From: Methanothermococcus sp. SCGC AD-155-E23 | Lineage (GTDB): Archaea > AGJL01 > Methanococci > Methanococcales > Methanococcaceae | Length of the DNA stretch: 39,747 bases | NCBI GenBank assembly: GCA_019561615.1 | Contig: JAHEQA010000047.1 | Location: 1-39,747, forward strand | Reading direction: 5' to 3' | Shown here: positions 1 through 9,737 of the stretch, piece after piece | Layout: every line of letters begins with the position of its first letter | Position numbering within the stretch: position 1 is the stretch's first letter | The notes under the pieces: generated by a model | Database searches by the model: none | Seen by the model: only the letters and a program-made list of their open reading frames with translations | Told to the model about the DNA's origin: nothing | Program-made: the position numbers and the translations under genes

Positions 1-63
1 ACTGGCCCTAGGTGGAGAGACCTACAAGATGAAGTTTGGACATAGGGTGGAAATCAGCCTGTG
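1..63. repeat. Inverted repeat copy of 1036-1099 (carA internal sequence)
   Basis: 1-63 is the reverse complement of 1036-1099 except for one missing G (CATAGGGTGG vs CATAGGGGTGG). Confidence 0.95.
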
Positions 64-312
64 AAGGATCTAGACAGGGATAAGGTATACATTACCTCTC
101 AAAACCACGGCTATGCTGTAAGGGGTGAAACACTACCTAAGGATATCTCGGTGTGGAATATCAATTTAAACGACAACACAGTGGAGGGGTTGATATCCAG
201 GGAGAAGGGTATCCTCTGTGTCCAGTACCATCCTGAGGGTGGTCCAGGTCCTCATGATGCAAGACATATCTTTGACGAGATGATAAAGTTAGGTCTGGAG
301 AGGGAGCTATAA
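1..312 (+). CDS. carA: Carbamoyl-phosphate synthase small subunit, displaced 3' part (fragment)
   Basis: Reads [15 protein letters not shown] from nt 2, then after a 1-nt frameshift [24 protein letters not shown]...[14 protein letters not shown] to TAA at 310-312. The SQNHGYAV and HPE motifs mark the CarA glutaminase C-terminus. Confidence 0.9.
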
Positions 313-1035
313 TCTTTTAAATCCCTCTTTTTTTATAAGGTAGAGATCCTCTATCCTAACACCGAAATCCTCCAGGTATATACCTGGCTCAAGGGTTATC
401 ACCATATTCTCCTTCAAGGTTACATCCTCCTTAGTTCTAGAACTTATGGAGGGTTCCTCGTGGACACTTACCCCTACACCATGTCCAAGGGAGTGTATAA
501 AGTATCTCTTATATTCCCCCATCAAATCCCTTGCCAACCTATCCAACTCCTTTACAGGGACACCCTCTCTAAGGTGATCCTCCAACTCTCCTTTTACCTC
601 ACTTATTAATTCATAGACCTCCCTGTACCTCCTATCCTCCTTTAGTATTACCGTCCTTGTAATATCTGAACAGTATCCCCTGTAGACTGCACCGATGTCA
701 ATAACCACTATATTTTTAATTACATCTTCAGAGGGTAACCCATGGGGAAGTGCAGTCTTTCTATCTGATATTACTATGGAGTCAAAGGCTGGCTTTATAC
801 TGCCCATCTTCCTCATCATATACTCTATCTCCCCTGCCAACTCCATCTCTGTAATGTTCCCCCTACTTAGACACTCTATCCCATACTCCATAGCCCTCCT
901 ACTTATACGGGATGCCCTCCTGATAAGCTCTATCTCCCTCCCCCTCTTTACACTCCTCATCTCCAACAACTTCTTAGATACCACCTTGTAGTCCCTTGAC
1001 AGGTATTTAAGGTATTTCAATGGGAAGGTCTCCTC
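307..1035 (-). CDS. pepQ: Xaa-Pro aminopeptidase/prolidase (M24B), C-terminal ~242 aa, lacking its own N-terminus
   Basis: Second half of the 517-aa ORF has the M24 metal-binding motifs [37 protein letters not shown] and TLEPGIY...GVRIED. Confidence 0.9.
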   Translation of the reverse strand, partial: EETFPLKYLKYLSRDYKVVSKKLLEMRSVKRGREIELIRRASRISRRAMEYGIECLSRGNITEMELAGEIEYMMRKMGSIKPAFDSIVISDRKTALPHGLPSEDVIKNIVVIDIGAVYRGYCSDITRTVILKEDRRYREVYELISEVKGELEDHLREGVPVKELDRLARDLMGEYKRYFIHSLGHGVGVSVHEEPSISSRTKEDVTLKENMVITLEPGIYLEDFGVRIEDLYLIKKEGFKRL

Positions 1036-1860
1036 CACAGGCTGATTTCCACCCCTATGTCCAAACTTCATCTTGTAGGTCTCTCCACCTAGGGCCAGTG
1101 TAATAATCTGATGACCTAGACAGATACCTGTAAGGGGAACCTTCCCTATAAGGGACCTTACAGTCTCTACAGCCTCCTTAACTCTTACAGGATCTCCAGG
1201 ACCGTTAGATACCAGTACAAAGTGAGGTTTGTACTTCAGTATCTCCTCTGGAGGTGTGTTGTAGGGCACCTGGATAACAGTACATCCCCTCTCAAGGAGA
1301 CATCTGATAATACTCCTCTTAACCCCACAGTCTATAAGGACACACCTGGCAACCTCATTCTCGGCCCTGTGGATAATCACCTCCCCTGTAGATACCAGGG
1401 GTACAAGGTCCATCTCCGAGAGGTCTCTATGCCCCCTGGCCAACTCAACATACTTCTTAATCTCCTTCTCATCTATAGGTTCAGAGGATGTTTTCAGGAA
1501 GGCCTTTACAACACCTCCTGATCTAATCTTTCTAGTTATAAACCTAGTGTCTACGTAGTAGATGCCAGGGATATCGTACTCCTTTAAAAATCTATCTAAC
1601 TCCTCCCTAGTTAGATCCTTTATAACAAAACCCTCCACCTTAATACCATCTGATTCATACCACTTCTCCTCTACCCCATAGTTTCCTATAAGGGGATAGG
1701 TCATGGTAACAATCTGCCCCTTGTAGGAGGGATCTGTAAGTACCTCAACATATCCTGTCATACTGGTGTTAAATACAAGTTCCCCTAAAACCTCCTTTTC
1801 AGCGCCAAATCCTTTACCCTTTAATACAGTTCCATCCTCTAAAACCAGTATGCCATGCAA
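1036..1860 (-). CDS. carA: Carbamoyl-phosphate synthase small subunit, 5' part (275 codons), fused in frame to the peptidase fragment
   Basis: [39 protein letters not shown], catalytic GICLGHQ and [11 protein letters not shown]. With 64-312 it reconstitutes a ~357-aa CarA. Confidence 0.93.
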
Positions 1861-1864
1861 GTTC

Positions 1865-2839
<975 letters not shown>

Positions 2840-2845
2840 TCAAAA

Positions 2846-3640
2846 ATGCAGTACCTTAGGGTGAATACCTTAAAGATATCTCCCCAGAATTTAAGGGATA
2901 GACTTGAGAGTAAGGGGATGGTGTTGGAGGACACCTATCTAGACTACATGTTTAAAATAGTGGAGTCCCCCTTCTCCCCAGGATGTACCCCAGAATACCT
3001 CTTTGGATACTACTATCTACAGACTGTATCCTCTACTGTACCTCCTATTGTCCTAGACCCCTCCAGTGAAGATATGGTTTTGGACATGTGTGCAGCACCT
3101 GGGGGAAAAACTACCCACATGGCCCAGTTGATGGATAACCAGGGTATTATCGTGGCCAACGATATAAGGAGGGAGAGGTTGAGAAGTTTATCCTCCAACA
3201 TCCATAGACTTGGTATTAAAAATGTTTTAATCCTAAATATGGATGCCCTCAAGTTAGATAGACTTCAGGTACACTATGACAAGATACTCCTAGACGCCCC
3301 CTGTACAGGAAATCCAGTAAAGGGTAGAAGTAGGGAGATTACAAAGGAGGATATAGAGTACTGTTCAAGGAGACAGAAGGGTATGTTAGATGTAGGTCTC
3401 AACATCCTCAAGGTGGGAGGGGAGCTGGTCTACAGTACATGTTCCCAGGAGGTGGAGGAGAACGAGGAGGTGGTTCAGTACATACTGGATAGGAGGGAAG
3501 ATGTTCAACTTGTTGATATCACCTACTTTATAGAGGTGGCGAAAGGTGTAAATATAAGGGAAGGTGGGGTAAAGGGAACCCTAAGGATACATCCTCCAGA
3601 TGAGCCCTTCTTCATTGCAAAGTTTAAAAAGGTGAAGTAG
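2846..3640 (+). CDS. trm4: NOL1/NOP2/Sun family RNA m5C methyltransferase (archaeal Trm4-like)
   Basis: LRVNTLK, LDMCAAPGGKTTH, ILLDAPC and LVYSTCS. ATG at 2846 follows GAGGGG. Confidence 0.88.
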   Translation: MQYLRVNTLKISPQNLRDRLESKGMVLEDTYLDYMFKIVESPFSPGCTPEYLFGYYYLQTVSSTVPPIVLDPSSEDMVLDMCAAPGGKTTHMAQLMDNQGIIVANDIRRERLRSLSSNIHRLGIKNVLILNMDALKLDRLQVHYDKILLDAPCTGNPVKGRSREITKEDIEYCSRRQKGMLDVGLNILKVGGELVYSTCSQEVEENEEVVQYILDRREDVQLVDITYFIEVAKGVNIREGGVKGTLRIHPPDEPFFIAKFKKVK

Positions 3641-3650
3641 ACGTGGAAGT

Positions 3651-4412
3651 ATGAAAATCGGAGTATCCTGTAGTGTATTTCTAGACTCTAAAATAAGTCT
3701 TTCCAGTGCTTTAGACTTTTTAGAGGAGAGGGTGAAGTACGTTGAGTTACTATGTGACGGCAGTATGGACGTTATGAGGGAGGGAAATATAGAGGTGGTG
3801 GACTCCTATAACTTAGAGTATACCTTGCACTGCCCACTGACAGATCTAAATCTCTCCTCCTTTAGGGAGAGGATAAGGGTGGCAAGTTTAGATCTAGTTA
3901 GGGATATACTAGAGGTTGCCAGTAGGATAGACAGTAGTATCCTAGTACTTCATCCAGGTTACTGTGTCTTCGAGGATGACTACAACCTAGCCCTCCAATC
4001 CCTTATAAAGACCTTGGAGGAGTTAAATAGAATCCAGGAGGAGTACAGTACCAGGATCACCATTGAGAATATGCCCTCCTACAACATGTTTATGTTTAGG
4101 GAACCTAGTAGGGAGGTCCTGGAACATCTAGAGGAGATAGGGATAACCTTCGATATAGGTCACGCCTTCTTAAATAGAAATATTGAGGATTTCCTGGACA
4201 GGGAGGTCCTAGATAAAATAGTCCATCTCCATATCCATGACAACTGTGGAGAACTAGATGAACACCTGTGTATAGGGAGGGGGAAAATACCCTTTAAGGA
4301 GTACAGGGATAGGTTGAGGAGGATAGAGGGTATAAAGATGATAGAGATGAAGAGGGAGGGTATTGGGGATATAGACAGGTGTATAGAGTCTCTGAAGGAT
4401 CTGCTAGAATAG
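3651..4412 (+). CDS. Xylose isomerase-like TIM-barrel protein (sugar phosphate isomerase/epimerase / AP endonuclease 2 family)
   Basis: Metal-ligand pattern LHCP, VLHPG, IENM, FDIGHA and HLHIHDN...DEHL. Confidence 0.85.
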   Translation: MKIGVSCSVFLDSKISLSSALDFLEERVKYVELLCDGSMDVMREGNIEVVDSYNLEYTLHCPLTDLNLSSFRERIRVASLDLVRDILEVASRIDSSILVLHPGYCVFEDDYNLALQSLIKTLEELNRIQEEYSTRITIENMPSYNMFMFREPSREVLEHLEEIGITFDIGHAFLNRNIEDFLDREVLDKIVHLHIHDNCGELDEHLCIGRGKIPFKEYRDRLRRIEGIKMIEMKREGIGDIDRCIESLKDLLE

Positions 4413-4445
4413 TTGTAAATCTTCTAATATTTAGAAATGGGAATT

Positions 4446-4460
4446 AAAAAAGTATTAATA
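4446..4460 (+). promoter_or_regulatory. Putative BRE/TATA promoter of nrdD
   Basis: AAAAAAG followed by TATTAATA, ~50 nt upstream of the ATG at 4510. Confidence 0.45.
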
Positions 4461-4509
4461 AGATTTGGGGGTACTGTTATTTGACACTTTTTTGCCCCTG
4501 GTGATATTA

Positions 4510-6816
4510 ATGATAAGTAGTAAGTACCCTGGCGATTGGAAGATCTACGTTGTTAAGAAGAATGGGGTTAGGGAGTTATTCGATGTTAACAAGTTGATTA
4601 AATCCCTTTTAAACTCTCAAGTTGATTACAGGCATATAAATACAATCCTCGCCGCACTTCCCTCCAAGTTATACGACGGTATAACTACCGAGGAGATAAA
4701 GGAGGCTGTATGTGAGTTACTTAGAGAGATAGACAGGAAAAATGGAACTAACTATCTAGAGCGGTATAGGGAGGAGAGTAACCTAGTTGTTAGAACCTCT
4801 AACAACGAGATTCAACCCTTTGACAGGAACAAGATTATAAGGAAACTTATAGATGAAACTGGTCTTGACAGGGAAACCGCAGAGAAGATAGGGAACGAGA
4901 TTGAGAAGTCTTTGAAGAGACTTAACCTCAAGTATATAACAGCCCCTATGATAAGGGAGCTGGTAAATGCCAAGTTGATAGAGTACGGGCTGGAGGAGTA
5001 CAGGATAAGACATACAAGGTTAGGTATCCCCATATACGACATTAAAAAACTTATAAATGAGGGATGTAGGGAGAACGCCAACCTTATGCACAACCCAGAG
5101 TCTATACATAAGTGGGTTGCAGACGAAACTATGAAGCAGTACGCCCTCCTGGAGATATTTCCCAAGGATATTGCAGATGCACATATGAGGGGGGATATCC
5201 ACCTTCACGACTTGGAATACGCTGCAATAAGACCTGTCTGCTGCCAACATGATCTAAGGAACTTCTTCATGTATGGGTTAAAGGTTGATGGTACTGGAAG
5301 ACATACAAGTGTTTCAAAACCTGCTAAACATCCAGAGGTAGCAATACAACATGCAGCTAAGGTACTAAGTGCAGCCCAGTGTGAGATGAGTGGGGGTCAG
5401 TCCATTGACGAGTTCAACATATGGTTAGCACCCTATATGAGGGGGTTGTCCTACAGGAGGATAAAACAACTTATGCAGATGTTCATCTACGAGATGAATC
5501 AGATGTACGTTGCAAGAGGAGGGCAGACAGTCTTCAGTAGTATAAATCTAGAGTTGGAGGTACCAGAGTACCTAAGGGATAAGGAGGCTGTTGTTGCAGG
5601 GGGTGTAAGAGGTACCTACGAGGAGTACGAGGAGGAGGCTCAACTTATCCTAGAGGCCCTCATAGATGTGATGATGGAGGGGGATGCAGTAGGGAAACCC
5701 TTCCTCTTCCCAAACTTCATTGTGAAGTTAAGGGAGGGGGCGTTTAAGGATGAAAATAGGGACCTTATGATAAAGCTTCACGAACTTAGTAGTAAGTGGG
5801 GGATACCTTACTTTATAAACATGTATCCTGAATGGCAGGTGGAGAACACCAACGCCATGGGTTGTAGGACAAGGTTAAGTGGAGACTGGAAAGGTGACGT
5901 GGAGATAGACACCTTAAGAACTGGGAATATGCAGTGGTACACCCTTAACCTTCCAAGGATAGGTTATGAGGCCAGAGGTGATGACGACAGGTTATTTGAG
6001 ATACTCCATGAGAGGTTGGAGTTACTTAAGAGGGCGTTGTACATAAAACACCAGGTAACAGAGAGGGTACTTAAGTGTGGAATACTACCCTTCCTAACAC
6101 AGAAGTTTAACGGGGAGCAGTACTACAGATATGAGAATACTACTAAAACCTTTGGTTTCGTTGGATTAAATGAACTTCTAAAGTACCATATTGGAGAGGA
6201 GCTCCACGAGTCCAGGTACGCCCTTAAGTTCGGGGAGAAGGTAATTGGATACATGAGGGAGTATGCAGATAATTTAAGGAGGGAGACAGGTCTAAGGTGG
6301 AGTGTAACTCAGACCCCGGCAGAGAGTACTGCAGGTAGGTTTGCCAGGTTAGATTACAGGTACTACAGGGAAGAGTGTAAGTCTGTGGTAAGAGGTGATC
6401 TATCTAAGGTAGATACCCTCTACTATACAAACTCCTCACATGTTAGGGTAGATGCCCCAGTATCTGTAGGGGAGAAGGTAAGGATAGAGGAGAGGTTCCA
6501 TCCACTTTGTAACGGAGGGCATATTACCCACTTCTGGAATATAGAGGCCTACGCAGATCCTGAGGTACTTATGGACATAACTAGAAAGATAGCAGAGAAG
6601 TCCAATATAGGGTTCTGGACCTATACCAAGAACTTAAGTATATGTGAGGGATGTGGTAGGACGATGGCAGGTCTCAAGGACAGATGTACCTACTGTGGTA
6701 GCAACAGTATCCAGAAGTACAGCAGGATAACAGGTTATCTACAGAATGTCTCCAACTGGAACGATGCAAAGAGAAGGGAGTTGCTAGATAGGAGGAGTAA
6801 CATCCCCAGGATTTAA
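4510..6816 (+). CDS. nrdD: Anaerobic (class III) ribonucleoside-triphosphate reductase with two N-terminal ATP cones
   Basis: Two ATP cones (VVKKNGVRELFD; VVRTSNNEIQPFD), GDIHLHDL, PVCC, NAMGCRT, TPAES, YYTNS, CxxC...CxxC and the glycyl-radical loop SRITGY. ATG at 4510 follows GGTGAT. Confidence 0.96.
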   Translation: MISSKYPGDWKIYVVKKNGVRELFDVNKLIKSLLNSQVDYRHINTILAALPSKLYDGITTEEIKEAVCELLREIDRKNGTNYLERYREESNLVVRTSNNEIQPFDRNKIIRKLIDETGLDRETAEKIGNEIEKSLKRLNLKYITAPMIRELVNAKLIEYGLEEYRIRHTRLGIPIYDIKKLINEGCRENANLMHNPESIHKWVADETMKQYALLEIFPKDIADAHMRGDIHLHDLEYAAIRPVCCQHDLRNFFMYGLKVDGTGRHTSVSKPAKHPEVAIQHAAKVLSAAQCEMSGGQSIDEFNIWLAPYMRGLSYRRIKQLMQMFIYEMNQMYVARGGQTVFSSINLELEVPEYLRDKEAVVAGGVRGTYEEYEEEAQLILEALIDVMMEGDAVGKPFLFPNFIVKLREGAFKDENRDLMIKLHELSSKWGIPYFINMYPEWQVENTNAMGCRTRLSGDWKGDVEIDTLRTGNMQWYTLNLPRIGYEARGDDDRLFEILHERLELLKRALYIKHQVTERVLKCGILPFLTQKFNGEQYYRYENTTKTFGFVGLNELLKYHIGEELHESRYALKFGEKVIGYMREYADNLRRETGLRWSVTQTPAESTAGRFARLDYRYYREECKSVVRGDLSKVDTLYYTNSSHVRVDAPVSVGEKVRIEERFHPLCNGGHITHFWNIEAYADPEVLMDITRKIAEKSNIGFWTYTKNLSICEGCGRTMAGLKDRCTYCGSNSIQKYSRITGYLQNVSNWNDAKRRELLDRRSNIPRI

Positions 6817-7198
6817 CTACTATTTTTTTCTTATAATAAAAAGTTGAACCCCCGGTGCGAAATCCGCACCCCCTCAAAGATTTTCCCCGGGCTTTTTCTC
6901 ACCCACCTTCCCAAAATCCCAATTCCATATATATACCTGCGTCCCAGGGTATATATACCCCAGGACGCATTCCGCACCCCCTCTCCCATTTTCTTATAGT
7001 GAATACTTTCCCCCCGGTGCGGAATGCGTCACAAAATCCCTCTTAAGGTGCGGATTTCGTCCACCTACGAAGGTCAACCTCGAGATTTTCCCGGGACTCT
7101 TCCTTGACAACTGCCGCATTTCGCACCCCCCCTCCAAGACCCCACAATTTTTTCTTATAATATAAACCTCATTTCTTATAGTGAAACCTAAAAAATAG
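6817..7198. repeat. Repeat- and palindrome-rich non-coding island between convergent genes (function unknown)
   Basis: Six GGTGCGRAWTBCG copies (6854-6866+, 6858-6870-, 6966-6978-, 7016-7028+, 7047-7059+, 7115-7127-), a palindrome at 6938-6969 and four TTTCTTATA boxes. Confidence 0.85.
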
Positions 7199-8818
7199 TT
7201 AATTACCCTCAAAGGAGGACCTTATAAACCTTATTCCCTCTCTAGATACCACTAGATTACCCCTCCACTCCTCCCTAGTCTCTGGATAATCTGACCTGTA
7301 GTGAGCACCTCTACTTTCCCTCCTCTCCAAGGCACATCTAGTTACAAGTTCTGCAACTGTCAGCATACTTTTAAACTCAAAGTATCTCTGGACCTCAAAT
7401 ACCCCTCTTAACCTCACCTTCTCCAGATGCTCTTTTAAAAGATCTATCTTAGAGAGGGCACTTCTTAAACCCCTCTCCTCCCTAACTATAGAAACCTTAT
7501 CCCACATTGTACTTTTAAGATCCCTTATAAGGGAGTGTATTGAATACCCCCTCTCTCTCCCTAACTTCTCCCTCAAATCCCTTTTAATCCTACTAATTAT
7601 ACCTCCTACATCCACTGGATCTCTAAGGGTTCCCATATCCTCTACAAACTCCCCTGCACTCCTCCCAGCAATTGCCCCAAACACCTGGGTATCTGCAAGG
7701 GCGTTACCCCCTAGTCTATTTGCCCCATGAATACCCCCTGTCACCTCTCCACAGGCAAATAGACCTTCAATGTTTGTTTCACATCTTTCATTTATCCTCA
7801 CACCTCCCATAAAGTGATGGGCAGTAGGTGCCACTATCATAGGTTCCCTCCTAATATCCACCCCAATATCTAGGAACTGTCTAAGGGTGGTCTCCAACCT
7901 CTCCTCTATAATCTCATCACCTAGATGGGAGACGTCGAGATAGACACCTCCCTTAATACCTCTTCCCTCCTTTATCTCTCTGTATATAGCCCTGGCAACA
8001 ACGTCCCTCGTGGATAACTCCATCCTCTCCCTGTCGTATTTTGCCATAAACCTCTCTCCATACCGGTTGTAGAGTATACCTCCCTCCCCCCTCACAGCCT
8101 CAGTTACAAGGATACCTGAATTTACCATACCAGTGGGATGGAATTGTACCATCTCCATATCTATTAACTCCACACCCTCCCAGTAGGCTAATGCAAAACC
8201 ATCCCCTACCTTCTGGAGAGGGTTGGTAGTTATAGGATAAATCTGTCCAGCACCCCCTGTGGCAAGTACTGTAGATGTGGCATATATGGGAAATAACCTC
8301 CCCTCTACAAGATCTAGAAAGATAGCTCCGTAACACCTGTTCTCCTTCACTATTAACTTTACAGCCATAACATCCTCAAGTACAGTAACATTCTCCAACT
8401 TAGAGGTGTACTCCATAAGGGATGTCATTATCTCATGTCCTGTCCTATCTCCACTGTAACATGTCCTACTGAAACTCTGCCCTCCAAAAGGTCTCTGAGC
8501 TATACTTCCATCCTCCCTCCTATCAAAGAGAGCTCCAAATCTCTCTAGATTTCTTAGTTCCTTAGGTGCATTTTCTACCAGTATCTTCACCAGCTTTGGA
8601 TTGTTTATATAGCAACCTCCCTTTAAGGTGTCTCTAAAGTGCTTTTCAAAGTCATCCCTAGGGTCCAGTACAGCGTTATAGCCTCCTTCAGCCATTACAG
8701 TACATCCACTTTTACCAAACAATCCCTTAACTGCCATTACAACCCTCTTATCACTACACTCTATTGCACATCTAGCTCCAGCCCCTCCCCCTCCAATTAC
8801 TAGGATATCAGTTATCAA
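7199..8818 (-). CDS. tfrA: Thiol:fumarate reductase flavoprotein subunit A (SdhA/FrdA family)
   Basis: IGGGGAG, SGCTVMAEGG (no covalent-FAD His), QFHPTG, TEAVRGEGG, HHFMGG, HGANRLGGNAL and ESRGAHYR. Confidence 0.88.
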   Translation of the reverse strand: MITDILVIGGGGAGARCAIECSDKRVVMAVKGLFGKSGCTVMAEGGYNAVLDPRDDFEKHFRDTLKGGCYINNPKLVKILVENAPKELRNLERFGALFDRREDGSIAQRPFGGQSFSRTCYSGDRTGHEIMTSLMEYTSKLENVTVLEDVMAVKLIVKENRCYGAIFLDLVEGRLFPIYATSTVLATGGAGQIYPITTNPLQKVGDGFALAYWEGVELIDMEMVQFHPTGMVNSGILVTEAVRGEGGILYNRYGERFMAKYDRERMELSTRDVVARAIYREIKEGRGIKGGVYLDVSHLGDEIIEERLETTLRQFLDIGVDIRREPMIVAPTAHHFMGGVRINERCETNIEGLFACGEVTGGIHGANRLGGNALADTQVFGAIAGRSAGEFVEDMGTLRDPVDVGGIISRIKRDLREKLGRERGYSIHSLIRDLKSTMWDKVSIVREERGLRSALSKIDLLKEHLEKVRLRGVFEVQRYFEFKSMLTVAELVTRCALERRESRGAHYRSDYPETREEWRGNLVVSREGIRFIRSSFEGN

Positions 8819-8888
8819 AGTATCACCGGAGAAATACTCTCTAAAAAAATAGTCCCCTTACTATAAAAATTGTTTTTAAAAAAAGAGT

Positions 8889-9737
8889 TTAGAGTCTTAT
8901 GGTGTCCTTCTTCAGGAAGTACCTTATAGGTACAAATAGAGCCAGGAATAGGACCAACATAACTAGGGCTGCTCCCCAGGCCATCTTGTGGTCCTCTGGA
9001 GAGGGGCTTTGAACTAGGTTGTAGATTAGAAGGGGAAGTGCTCCAATAGGTTCAAGTAAACTACTTGGATAGGACTCGTAAAGACCTCCAGCTGTATAGA
9101 GTAGAGGGGCAGTTTCCCCGGCAACCTTTGCCATACCTATTAATACTCCAGTAAGTATTCCTGCCTTGGCCATCTTTGTAATGATCTTAAAGATAACCTG
9201 GGCCCTTGTACATCCCAGGGCGTATCCCCCCTCCTTGTAGATCTTGGGAACCTCTGACATAGCCTCCTCTGTATAGACTGCAACATAGGGCATAAGGATA
9301 ATTGCCAGGGCCAGGGCCCCAGCTAAGGCAGAGTATGTCCCCATGGGGAATACAACAACCCCAGCTATAAAGGTACCTACAAGGATGGTGGGAAACTCCA
9401 ACATTATCTGAAGTAGAACCTTTGTAGCCTTACCTATGAAGCTATCTGGGAATTCATAGGCGTAGGCCCCAGCGAGGAATGCCAGAGGTACTCCAATTAC
9501 AGTTGCCGTGATGGTGAGGATAATGGTACCTACTATGGCAGGTCCAATACCCCCGTTACTGAAGGTCTCAGTTAGAAAGGGTAAGCCCCTCTCTGCAATA
9601 ACTGGGGCGCCCTTGAGAAATATAGATATGATAATGTGAAAGAGGGGAAGTATTGCCAGGAATGTTAGGGCTCCAATGGTAAATACAAATATCTTGTCCT
9701 TTAACATCCTTAACTTCTTGTAATCAATGTGAAACAT
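8889..9737 (-). CDS. pstA: Phosphate ABC transporter permease PstA
   Basis: Hydrophobic protein with GIGPAIVGT, EAA-like loop EGGYALGCTR and GETAPLL; follows pstC. Confidence 0.93.
   Translation of the reverse strand: MFHIDYKKLRMLKDKIFVFTIGALTFLAILPLFHIIISIFLKGAPVIAERGLPFLTETFSNGGIGPAIVGTIILTITATVIGVPLAFLAGAYAYEFPDSFIGKATKVLLQIMLEFPTILVGTFIAGVVVFPMGTYSALAGALALAIILMPYVAVYTEEAMSEVPKIYKEGGYALGCTRAQVIFKIITKMAKAGILTGVLIGMAKVAGETAPLLYTAGGLYESYPSSLLEPIGALPLLIYNLVQSPSPEDHKMAWGAALVMLVLFLALFVPIRYFLKKDTIRL

Noticed and set aside
307-1860. A genuine novel CarA-prolidase bifunctional fusion protein
   Set aside because: Both halves are truncated mid-domain and the missing CarA end sits inverted next door. 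A rearrangement or artefact explains it better than an evolved fusion.
6817-7198. CRISPR array
   Set aside because: Repeats are 13-15 bp, in mixed orientation and irregularly spaced; there are no cas genes.
6817-7198. tRNA, SRP RNA, RNase P RNA, or canonical ORB/dif site
   Set aside because: I found no TTCGA T-loop cloverleaf, SRP helix-8 motif, RNase P P4 motif, TTCCAGTGGAAAC-type ORB or 11-6-11 dif layout.
6674-7212. Small ORFs 6674-6877(-), 6855-7046(+) and 6994-7212(-)
   Set aside because: No RBS, atypical CG-rich codons, low-complexity products and overlaps with real genes; they are by-products of the repeat island.
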